A stretch of 46,922 nt of DNA from Thermomicrobiales bacterium (GTDB taxonomy: Bacteria > Chloroflexota > Chloroflexia > Thermomicrobiales > UBA6265). Below, in pieces: positions 35,840 through 43,913 of this stretch (position 1 is the first letter of the stretch; the number at the start of each line of letters is the position of its first letter). The stretch spans positions 1 to 46,922 of the forward strand of contig JBBJOE010000002.1 of assembly GCA_037721765.1 (NCBI GenBank), given 5' to 3'. The notes beneath the pieces are model-generated. The model saw only the letters and a program-made list of their open reading frames with translations, was not told where the DNA came from and made no database searches. A program made the position numbers and the translations under genes.

Positions 35840-36186
35840 CCGGTGTCCGTCTCCATGTCCGGCGCCGGCAAGAAGAGCCGCCGCACGGGATAGACCGCCG
35901 AGCAGATCGCCGGTGACCCGCTCGCCATGGCCGCGTCATCCCGGCCGAGGACCTCCCACCCGGCCAGCGCGAGGTCGATACCGATCGTTTCCTGCGTCCA
36001 CTGGTCGGCGTGCCAGGCGAGGTCCTCGGTCGATGCTATGGGTCTCACGGCCGGTAAAACGTCCGACCGGACCCGGGTCACCGACCCTTTAGTTTCCAAG
36101 GATACCGTGATCCGGAGCAGCGAGCCCGGTTCCCCGCGCACCACCTCGACCACGCCCTGGACCCGGCCGAACTCGACCACTGGCAT
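35836..36186 (-). CDS. hypothetical protein (116 aa)
   Basis: Track ORF 35836..36279 trimmed to Met32 (GGAG-containing RBS before the ATG at 36186). 4-nt overlap with the downstream gene start. No recognisable motif. Confidence 0.5.
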   Translation of the reverse strand: MPVVEFGRVQGVVEVVRGEPGSLLRITVSLETKGSVTRVRSDVLPAVRPIASTEDLAWHADQWTQETIGIDLALAGWEVLGRDDAAMASGSPAICSAVYPVRRLFLPAPDMETDTG

Positions 36187-36229
36187 TTGCTCCTCGCCTG
36201 GCCACCCCGCGCCCGCTCTATGGACCCCG

Positions 36230-37549
36230 TCAGTCCGCCGGACCAGCGCTCTGCCGCAGCGGTGCCGCCGACGAGGCATCCGGGTCCCCGGGCACTCCGG
36301 TGGACGCCGGGACGTGATCTTCCCTGGTCGAGAGGACCGAGGCCGGGATGGTCAAGGCCAACGCGGCTGCCGCGAGCCCGAGGATCGCCAGCGACGCGAG
36401 GGCGACCGGGATACCGACCGCGTCGGCGATCCGTCCGGTGATCGGCACGCCGATACCGCCGGTCACGAACCCCAACCCCAGGATAATGCCCGACGCCACC
36501 CCGGTCCGGCCAGGCAGCAGGCGCTGGGCGGCGACCAGCGTCACCGCCAGGCTGGAATCGGCGGTCAGACCAAACGCCGCCCCGGCGATGAAGACCAGCG
36601 GGCCGGGCACGGCCGCGATCAGGAGGAGGAACGGCAACGACCCCAGCAACGAGACGATGAGCACGGCCCGCCCACCGATCCGATCCGCCAGGAAGCCGCC
36701 CATGAGCGTACCGGCCGCTCCGGCCAGGATCACCGTCGAGACCAGTGGCCCGTAGAACTCCCCGCCGTAACCGAGGTCGTCGTACCAGATCGGGAGAAAT
36801 TGGAGGACGGAGAGAAAGATCCAGGCCCGCAGCATGACGACCCCGACCACCCGCGAGAGGACCGGCCACGGCGTCGGTGGGGCCCCGGCAAGTGACGAGG
36901 GACCCGGCACCTGCACGGACGCCGTGGCACGTTCGGCCAGCCGCGCCGCCACCCCGGGATTGGGGGGGGCCAGCACCGCGGCCGCGACGAGCGACAGTGG
37001 GAGGAAGACGACGGACCCGGAGGCTCCAAACGCCCAGAGGGCGACTACCCCGACCACCGGTCCCAAGGCGAAGCCCGATGTGCCGCCGACCGTGTAGAGC
37101 GACATCGCCGTATTCCGCGTCCGGGGATCGGCCACGGCCGCGGCCCCCGATGCGCCAAGTGGGTGATAGGCCCCCGACGCGATCCCGGCCGCCGCCGCGC
37201 ACCCGAGCAGCACCCCGTAGGTGGGGGCGAGGCCATAGGCGGCGACGCAGAGGCCGCCCCAGACGAGTACGGTCGGAGGGAGCCACGCCTGGAACCGCCG
37301 ATCCGCGGCCCAGCCGAAGAACGGTTGCGAGATGGAGGAGGCGCTGGCGTAGGAGAGTGCGATCAGACCGGCCTCCCCGTTCGAGAGGTCGAACCGGTCG
37401 CGGGCGACGGGGAGGAAGACGGTCAGGAACCCGGCCAGCAGGTCGTTGCTGAAGTGACCGAACATCAGCGTCAGCAACGCCTGGTTCCGCAAGACCGCCC
37501 GCACCGATGTCGCTCCCCTCGCCCTGATCGTCCCGTCCACGCCCCACAC
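36230..37549 (-). CDS. MFS transporter (Fsr/fosmidomycin-resistance-like subfamily)
   Basis: LLTLMFGHFSNDLLAGFLTVFLP N-terminal signature of FSR-type MFS. About 12 hydrophobic helices. GTG start; its exact position is uncertain. Confidence 0.85.
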   Translation of the reverse strand: MWGVDGTIRARGATSVRAVLRNQALLTLMFGHFSNDLLAGFLTVFLPVARDRFDLSNGEAGLIALSYASASSISQPFFGWAADRRFQAWLPPTVLVWGGLCVAAYGLAPTYGVLLGCAAAAGIASGAYHPLGASGAAAVADPRTRNTAMSLYTVGGTSGFALGPVVGVVALWAFGASGSVVFLPLSLVAAAVLAPPNPGVAARLAERATASVQVPGPSSLAGAPPTPWPVLSRVVGVVMLRAWIFLSVLQFLPIWYDDLGYGGEFYGPLVSTVILAGAAGTLMGGFLADRIGGRAVLIVSLLGSLPFLLLIAAVPGPLVFIAGAAFGLTADSSLAVTLVAAQRLLPGRTGVASGIILGLGFVTGGIGVPITGRIADAVGIPVALASLAILGLAAAALALTIPASVLSTREDHVPASTGVPGDPDASSAAPLRQSAGPAD

Positions 37550-37575
37550 GTCAGTCGGGCGTCAGGGCGGCCCCA

Positions 37576-37592
37576 CCCGGTATACTACCGGG
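37576..37592 (+). promoter_or_regulatory. candidate prfB promoter -10 (TATACT) embedded in a 7-bp inverted repeat
   Basis: CCCGGTA-TAC-TACCGGG at 37576-37592, with TATACT at 37581-37586. About 75 nt upstream of the prfB ATG. Confidence 0.4.
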
Positions 37593-37660
37593 CATCGATC
37601 GACCATGTCGCCACGGGCTCCGACCATCGACCGTGGCATCGTTGCCCGGAGAACGTTGCC

Positions 37661-38789
37661 ATGCAGCCCCTGACGTCCGTCTCACTCCCCGATCTGTTGG
37701 ACCGGCTCGAGCGCATCCGGGTGCGTCTTTGACCTCGCTCACCTCGAGCGAGAGATCGAAGACATCGAACGCCAGAGCGGCGAACCCGGCTTCTGGGACG
37801 ACTCGAACGCCGCCCAGCGGGCGATGCGAGCCCTCGGCGACCTGAAAGCCACCGTGGGTGATGTCCAGGGACTCGGCGACACGCTGGTCGAACTCCAGAC
37901 CTTGCAAGAACTCGCCAAGGGCGAGCCCGAGTTCGCCGGCGAGGTCGAGTCGGAGGCCCGGGCCGCCGGTGAACGCCTCGGCCGGCTCGAGCTGAGCCTC
38001 GCCCTCAACGGTCCCCATGACCGGTCAGACGCGATCCTCGTCATCCATTCCGGTGAGGGCGGCATCGATGCCCAGGACTTCGCGGCGATGCTGTCCCGCA
38101 TGTACTTGCGTTGGGCCGACCGGCGAAATCTCAAGGCCGAACTGCTGGACGAGACCACCGGCGAGGAGGCGGGGATCAAGAACGCCACGATCGAGCTGAA
38201 GGGCCCCAACGCCTACGGTCTCGTCCGGGGCGAGGCCGGGTCGCATCGCCTCGTCCGCCAGTCCCCGTTCGATTCTGCCCACCGGAGGCACACGGCGTTC
38301 GCCCTGGTCGAGGTGTTGCCCGAACTGGAGGGTCAGTCCGAGATCACGATCAACCCTGATGATGTCCGGATGGATGTCTTCCGGGCCTCGGGCGCCGGTG
38401 GCCAACACGTCAACAAGACCAGCTCGGCGGTCCGCCTGACGCACGTCCCGACCGGTATCGTGGTGACGTGCCAGAACGAGCGCAGCCAGATCCAGAATCG
38501 GGAGACGGCCCACAAGATCCTCGGGGCCAGGTTGCTGGAGCGGCAGATGAAGGCCGAGGCCGAGGAGCGTACCCGTCTCAAGGGCGACATCCAGGCCGCC
38601 GGCTTCGGGAACCGCATCCGCTCCTATGTCCTCCACCCCTACACGCAGGTCACCGACCACCGGACCGAGACGAGCGTCGGGGACGCCAATGGTGTCCTCG
38701 ACGGCGCCCTGGACCCCTTCATCGATGCCTACCTGGAGGGGCAGATGGGGGTGGAGCAGGACCCCACGGCCGCTGGACCGGCGGCATGA
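37661..38789 (+). CDS. prfB: peptide chain release factor 2, expressed through a programmed +1 ribosomal frameshift: join(37661..37729, 37731..38789)
   Basis: ORF0 MQPLTSVSLPDLLDRLERIRVRL ends at the in-frame TGA 37730-37732, in the context CTT TGA C. The +1 frame continues DLAHLEREIEDIERQSGEPGFWDD... into track ORF 37824..38789, which carries the SPF (RQSPFD) and GGQ (SGAGGQHVNK) motifs. Confidence 0.93.
37719..37733 (+). promoter_or_regulatory. RF2 autoregulatory +1 frameshift site
   Basis: GGGUG CGU CUU UGA C. The slippery CUU, the UGA stop and the following C are identical to the classical E. coli-type site. A partial Shine-Dalgarno-like GGGUG lies 3 nt upstream of CUU. Confidence 0.85.
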
Positions 38790-39949
38790 CCGGCCGCCCG
38801 AGGGCACTCGGCGCCACGGTGACGTTCGTCCTCACCTGGGTACTCCTGATTTCGACCGTGGCACCGAATCCGGGCCCAACCGCTCTCGCGAGCGACACGG
38901 GCACGCCGGGAGCGAATCGGGGCCGCGAGATCGTCGCCACGGCTGCCGAAACGGCGACCCTGGCGACTGGAGTCACGTTCACCCTCGACGGGACAAGTCC
39001 GGTCCCGATCCGGTCGGCATCGGTGCGGTATCACCCGCGATGGCAAGAGACGGTCTATTCCCTCTCCACCCCCCTCCCGCCGGAGATGCCGGACGGGAGG
39101 TTCTCGCTTTCTCTGTCGATCGATCCCCGTCAGGACGGTCTGCCTCCCGGCCTGACCCTCGCGTCTGCCTGGCACCTCGTGTTCATCGACGGCACGACTT
39201 GGACGAGCCCGGCCCGAGATGTCGAATGGGTTGACGACCGGTTCGACTGGTCGATCCGGCGCGCCGGGAACGTCGAGGTGATGGTCGGGGCGGATGATGC
39301 CTCGGACCGGGGCGACCGGATCGTGGCCGAGGTCGCGCGCGCTCTGCCAGACATCGAGCGGCTGATCGCGACCACCGTTCCTGACCCCATCCGGTTCTGG
39401 GTCTATGATTCGAGCGCCGACCTGGCTGGAACGCGGACCGCGAATGTCGAACCGTGGATCGCGGCGAGTTCCTTTCCGGAGCTTGGCGTGACACTGGCCG
39501 CGATCCCTCCCGGAGACACCATCGAGATAGGCCGCCTGGTCCCCCACGAACTGGCCCACCACGTCCTCTACCACGCCGCCGTGAGCCCGTTCTCAGCGCC
39601 GCCCCTCTGGTTCGACGAAGGTCTTGCCGGGTGGTTCCAATCCTCGGGCACCGAAGGATTTTCGGCTCTGGTCACGGCCGCCGCGGCGGGAGGGACACTC
39701 CCGAGCGTGGCCGCCCTGGCGTCGTCGTTCCCCTTCGAGTCGAGCGAGGCGAGCCTCGCTTATGCCGCCTGTTGGAGCGTGATGACCTTCGTCATCGAGA
39801 CTCGCGGAGAAGCGGCAATCCCCCGTCTCGCGTCAGCCTTCGCCGCTGACCTGACCGACGACGCGGCCAGCCTCGCCGCGCTCGGTGTCGATCAACGGGC
39901 GCTTGACCGTGAGTGGCGTGCCTGGTTGGGTCCGGATCGACCAGGGTGA
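38786..39949 (+). CDS. secreted or membrane-anchored peptidase MA-like (HExxH) domain protein
   Basis: Track ORF 38468..39949 trimmed to the ATG at 38786 (ATGA overlap with the prfB stop). N-terminal hydrophobic segment ATVTFVLTWVLLISTVA. C-terminal VPHELAHHVLYH...WFDEGLAGW resembles Peptidase_MA_2-type domains. Confidence 0.7.
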   Translation: MTGRPRALGATVTFVLTWVLLISTVAPNPGPTALASDTGTPGANRGREIVATAAETATLATGVTFTLDGTSPVPIRSASVRYHPRWQETVYSLSTPLPPEMPDGRFSLSLSIDPRQDGLPPGLTLASAWHLVFIDGTTWTSPARDVEWVDDRFDWSIRRAGNVEVMVGADDASDRGDRIVAEVARALPDIERLIATTVPDPIRFWVYDSSADLAGTRTANVEPWIAASSFPELGVTLAAIPPGDTIEIGRLVPHELAHHVLYHAAVSPFSAPPLWFDEGLAGWFQSSGTEGFSALVTAAAAGGTLPSVAALASSFPFESSEASLAYAACWSVMTFVIETRGEAAIPRLASAFAADLTDDAASLAALGVDQRALDREWRAWLGPDRPG

Positions 39950-40009
39950 ACGGCCCCGTCCGATACCGAGCATGGCGTCCGGATCGCCGGCCGGGGGTCC
40001 CCCACCCCG

Positions 40010-40018
40010 TGATACACT
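40010..40018 (+). promoter_or_regulatory. candidate extended -10 (TGaTACACT) upstream of fixX
   Basis: TG-A-TACACT at 40010-40018, 75 nt upstream of the ATG at 40093. The 12-mer GTGATACACTCG is identical to the one at the rplS promoter (minus strand). Confidence 0.4.
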
Positions 40019-40092
40019 CGGACGCTCGAGGACCGACCCGATGTGACCGCTTCATCGAAGATCCAGCATCGCACTGAGGACCCGGGAGGCCG

Positions 40093-40416
40093 ATGAGCGC
40101 CGATCATCCCAATCGCTCAAGCATCCTCGACCCGGCCGCGATCGAGCGGAAATTGGCCCTGAACAGCTACAACGTCGATCGCTCCCGGGCCCATATCAGG
40201 ATCATCGACCACGAGGTCTGCTTGCACTGCGAGCGACAACAGTGCATCAATTGCTGCCCCGCTAACTGCTACGTCCCCGGGCCTGATGGTCGGGTCATCT
40301 TCTCGTACGAGGGCTGCGTCGAGTGCGGCACCTGCCGCATCGTCTGCCACGTCTTCGATAACATCGAGTGGACCTATCCTCGCGGCGGCTTCGGCATCCA
40401 ATACCGCTACGGGTGA
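40093..40416 (+). CDS. fixX: ferredoxin-like protein FixX (ETF-quinone oxidoreductase-associated type)
   Basis: 107 aa. NSYNVD....HI..........C....C...CPA.CY........I.F.YEGC.ECGTCRI.C......W.YPRGG.GI.YR.G pattern typical of FixX. GGGAGG RBS. Confidence 0.8.
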   Translation: MSADHPNRSSILDPAAIERKLALNSYNVDRSRAHIRIIDHEVCLHCERQQCINCCPANCYVPGPDGRVIFSYEGCVECGTCRIVCHVFDNIEWTYPRGGFGIQYRYG

Positions 40417-40522
40417 ACGGAGTCACGTGCCCCGGCGCGACGCGCCCCGCGTGATGCGGTGCGGACCACCATGATTGGCCACGACCACGTTTTCCCGCCG
40501 CCGCGACCCGGAGGGGACACCG

Positions 40523-41035
40523 ATGTACTGGACGAAGCGGCACGTCATGGTTTGTACCGCGATCCACTGCCAGCAGAAAGGCGGGATGGACGTGGCGGGA
40601 CGGCTCCGCCTCGACATCATCCGCAAGGGGCTGGACACCGAAATATTGGTCAACAATTGTGGCACCATCGATCTCTGCGATGTCGGGCCCAACATCGTCG
40701 TCTATCCTGACAACATCATCTATCACGGGGTCACGGTCAAAGACATTCCCGAGATCGTCGCCCATCTCCGGGGCGGACCCGTGGTCGAGCGCCTGCTGAT
40801 CGGTCCCGGCGAGACGCGGGAACGGGCCCGACACGACTTCTACGCGGCGGCCGTCTCGCCAGACCCGACACGTCCGAGCGCCGACTTCGATTGCCTCGCC
40901 GCCGACCACGGCTTCGACGCGACCTGGGTCACCGAGCAGCAGCGCCGCGGCTTCATCGCCCGCAAGCCCGGCGCCGACGAGGGTCCCGAGACCATCACCG
41001 TCACCACGAAGGCACGAACCCGTTACGGCGTCTGA
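40523..41035 (+). CDS. thioredoxin-like [2Fe-2S] ferredoxin domain protein with a C-terminal extension
   Basis: Track ORF 40475..41035 trimmed to the ATG at 40523 (GGAGGGG RBS). HVMVCTAIHC....G and NNCGTIDLCD Cys pairs. GPNIVVYPD block typical of COG3411-type ferredoxins. Confidence 0.7.
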   Translation: MYWTKRHVMVCTAIHCQQKGGMDVAGRLRLDIIRKGLDTEILVNNCGTIDLCDVGPNIVVYPDNIIYHGVTVKDIPEIVAHLRGGPVVERLLIGPGETRERARHDFYAAAVSPDPTRPSADFDCLAADHGFDATWVTEQQRRGFIARKPGADEGPETITVTTKARTRYGV

Positions 41036-41217
41036 CGATGCCGGTCGGTGCGGAGGATGTGGAGACCCGGTCGGAGGTCGGTGCGAAGGGGAGGCTGGCA
41101 CCGGGCGTCGCTGCGGCCAGCGCAACGAGGGGACGGCGTATACTGTCGTTCCACCATTAAGGGGAGATTACCTTTTCATGACCAGCGCGCCGCGTCAAGC
41201 GATGGAGACCCGATTCC

Positions 41218-42375
41218 GTGGCACGGCGATCATCTCCCACCCGCGACCGTGACACCGATCCGGACGGCCAGCCGCCCGTCTACCGCCCCGCGAACACGGG
41301 TCAGCACCCGATCCCCGACAGCCCGCTGCCCACTGCCGCCGCCGGTCCCGAGCGAGTTGAAAACGATCGAACCACCGGTGCGACCGTCACCGCGACGGGG
41401 GTAGACCTTGGCCCTCGGTGGTGGTCGGCCTACGGCCGGATCAGGGTACCCAGGCGGCAGTTCGCGATCCGGCTAGCGATGGCCGCCGTCCTCATCACCG
41501 CCGCGACGCTGACGAATCGATCGTTCCTCGGCTGGGGTCTGTTCGTCGTCTTCGCCGTCCTCTTCGTCCCCGGCACCCGGGCCCGCTCGTTTGTCCTGTC
41601 GTTCGTCCCCTATGGCGCCGTCTGGTTCGTGTTCGCCGCCCTGCGGTCGCTGGCCGACGAGACGGTCCTGGCCCGCACCGTGAACTTGCGTGCGGCCAAT
41701 CTCGAGCGTTACCTGTTCGGCGGCGAGCTCCCGACGATCGTCTTGCAACAGCGATTCTTCGACCCGGACAACATCCGATGGTGGGACTTCGCCTTGACGG
41801 CCGTCCACTGGTCCTATTTCCTTGTCCCCCACATCGTCGCGATCCGCCTCTGGCACAAGCACCCTGCCCTCTTCCGGCACTACCTTGGCGCGATGACGCT
41901 CTTGCTGGCGGTCGGTTTGGCTATCTACTTCCTGATCCCCTCGAATCCGCCCTGGCTCTCGGGGGAACGATTCAACAGCCCGGCCGCGCCGACCGTATTG
42001 CGGGTGATGCAACCGGTCGCGGAACAACTCAACGGCGGGCTCTACCGGGCCAGTTACCAGGTGATCGGCGAATCGAACCCGATCGCCGCGATGCCGTCGA
42101 TCCACATGGCGATCACGTTCTTGTTGATTTTTCCCGCCCGGAGAGTCGGTGGACGCTGGCACGTCCTCGCTTGGGTCTACGCGGCGTCGATGGGACTGGC
42201 CCTCGTCTACCTCGGCGAACACTACGTCATCGACGTGCTCGTCGGTGCCGTCGTCACCAGCTATGGCTGGTATGCCGCCGGAGCCTGGACCCGCCGGCTG
42301 CGAACGTTGCGGCACCACGAGGCGGACCAGGGGTCATCACCCTTCCCGTCGCCTCCCAATCAACCGGCTGCCTGA
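41218..42375 (+). CDS. PAP2-superfamily membrane protein (PAP2_3 / inositolphosphotransferase-like)
   Basis: Multiple TM helices. C-terminal MPSIHMAITFLL...GEHYVIDVLVG resembles the SxH...H..D phosphatase motifs of PAP2. Start uncertain (GTG 41218 or ATG 41479). Confidence 0.7.
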   Translation: MARRSSPTRDRDTDPDGQPPVYRPANTGQHPIPDSPLPTAAAGPERVENDRTTGATVTATGVDLGPRWWSAYGRIRVPRRQFAIRLAMAAVLITAATLTNRSFLGWGLFVVFAVLFVPGTRARSFVLSFVPYGAVWFVFAALRSLADETVLARTVNLRAANLERYLFGGELPTIVLQQRFFDPDNIRWWDFALTAVHWSYFLVPHIVAIRLWHKHPALFRHYLGAMTLLLAVGLAIYFLIPSNPPWLSGERFNSPAAPTVLRVMQPVAEQLNGGLYRASYQVIGESNPIAAMPSIHMAITFLLIFPARRVGGRWHVLAWVYAASMGLALVYLGEHYVIDVLVGAVVTSYGWYAAGAWTRRLRTLRHHEADQGSSPFPSPPNQPAA

Positions 42376-43160
42376 GTCGAGCCCGGCGCGGCACTCTCCC
42401 CACCGGTCAACCACTCGTCGAATTCTGGGTTCAGGACACCATACGCCCGCTGCATCTCCCTGAGATCCAAGAGCCGCCGCAGTGACCGGGCATGGGCTCG
42501 ATCCCATACCGAGACGTCTCCGAGATGGCCCGCGAGGGCGGCGTCGATGATCCGCACCCAGCATGCGCTGAAGCGGGCCACTGCCGCCCGCAACGATATC
42601 GCGGTCGCGGCGGCGACCGATGGCGGGGGCCAAGCGCCCAGCCGCTCCGGCGGCCAAGACTCAGGGTCGAATCCCGGGAACTCCCCGATCGCGGTCGGCT
42701 CCCCGTCCGGCCACGTCATCAGGGCCACTCGCGGCGGGGCATAGAGACCGCGCTGGCCGCCGTCGATCGCCACGATCGGGAGGGGAACCTCGACCGATCG
42801 TGCGTACCGGCGCGACGGGACCGGGAACCGGGCGACCGAACCCGGATGGTGGGGTGGGTTCTCGGCGCTGAAGGCTTGCGCCCGCCGGGCAAGGAGGTCC
42901 ATGGTTTCGGTTGAGTCCGTCTCACCCCGCATCGCTCCCATCGTACCCGCGTAGCTGGTGATGTCGAATTCTAGACAGTGTTCGGCCACCGCGAGCCGGA
43001 GCGTCGTCCTCCCGTCGCGGACCCGGCCCACCCGCGATCGTGAAGATCGCCAATCGACCGTGTCCAAGGCCCAGAGGCCGATCAGCGCATCGATCTCGGC
43101 GTCGGAGTCGACGGGGAGGGGCCCCCAGCCCGGATCGAACGGCACGAGATCACCGTTCAT
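42360..43160 (-). CDS. hypothetical protein (266 aa), no recognisable motif
   Basis: Track ORF. ATGA overlap with the upstream gene. Normal amino-acid composition (not Arg/Pro junk). Its 3' end overlaps the convergent PAP2 gene by 16 nt. Confidence 0.6.
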   Translation of the reverse strand: MNGDLVPFDPGWGPLPVDSDAEIDALIGLWALDTVDWRSSRSRVGRVRDGRTTLRLAVAEHCLEFDITSYAGTMGAMRGETDSTETMDLLARRAQAFSAENPPHHPGSVARFPVPSRRYARSVEVPLPIVAIDGGQRGLYAPPRVALMTWPDGEPTAIGEFPGFDPESWPPERLGAWPPPSVAAATAISLRAAVARFSACWVRIIDAALAGHLGDVSVWDRAHARSLRRLLDLREMQRAYGVLNPEFDEWLTGGESAAPGSTQAAG

Positions 43161-43837
43161 TCCCGGCTCGTCCCGACCGGTGGCCCGTCGGCGTCGACCG
43201 CGACGGTGGCATCGCGTGGGTCCGGCAACCGCCCCCCGGTCCAGCCGGCGTCGGGCGCACCCTGCGTCGCGCGGTTCACGGGGCCCAATTCGACCAGGAC
43301 ATCGAGCGCGACGGTAAGATCGTCAGCCGAAGGGATATCACGGCGGGTCCGCATCGGCCGGGCGAGCCGGAGCACACCGGGCGTCGCGAGATACTCGATC
43401 CGGAACCGGTCCCGGCGCGGGTCCAGTCCGGTCGCCAGCAGCGCCCCCGCGGCCCGTTCGAGGTGGTCCCCAAGGTTCGCGGTCACCCCGGAGAGGTCGA
43501 ACGGCGGCGAATCCACCGGATCGAGCTTCCGGGTCGATGTGGCCTCCCAGTCGCTACCCCCCGCGGCATCGACGATCTCGACCTGGAAGACCCGGCCCGG
43601 GCCGTCGGAGGCGTTGGCCATCCTGGCCGCCGCGAGGTGCCCCCGGTAGCGACCGTCGACCGATGCCGTCTCCAGGTCGACCGATCCACCGAGCGTGTCC
43701 GCCAACGGGGTCAGCGACGCCGTCAGGTCGCGCTTCGCGCCGCGGTTGAAGTGCGCCGCGAGATACCCGGTCAGGCCCAGCGAGAGCAGGGTGATCGAGC
43801 ACATTGCCACGGTGAACCAGATGTAGGTGCTCGACAT
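43157..43837 (-). CDS. hypothetical membrane-anchored protein (226 aa), single N-terminal TM
   Basis: Track ORF. N-terminal YIWFTVAMCSITLLSLGLTGYLAAHF. GGAG upstream and a TATGGT -10-like hexamer at 43889-43894 (minus). Confidence 0.6.
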   Translation of the reverse strand: MSSTYIWFTVAMCSITLLSLGLTGYLAAHFNRGAKRDLTASLTPLADTLGGSVDLETASVDGRYRGHLAAARMANASDGPGRVFQVEIVDAAGGSDWEATSTRKLDPVDSPPFDLSGVTANLGDHLERAAGALLATGLDPRRDRFRIEYLATPGVLRLARPMRTRRDIPSADDLTVALDVLVELGPVNRATQGAPDAGWTGGRLPDPRDATVAVDADGPPVGTSRE

Positions 43838-43913
43838 GCCGTGTGGCGCTCCGGTCCGTGAGGATCGTGGTCATCCCGATGCCAGGCCACCATACCGGGC
43901 GAGCGGGACGCGA

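Noticed and set aside
36078-37547. 489-aa alternate-frame ORF overlapping the Fsr-like MFS gene
   Set aside because: It is on the same strand but in another frame than a clean 12-TM MFS protein. The product is Arg/Gly/Pro junk.
41178-41252. 24-codon ORF (MTSAPRQAMETRFRGTAIISHPRP) after an AAGGGGAG motif, overlapping the putative GTG start of the PAP2-like gene
   Set aside because: It is too short to evaluate from sequence alone, and the SD spacing of about 12 nt is long. It could be a leader peptide, or it could mean the PAP2 start is further downstream. I did not report it as a feature.
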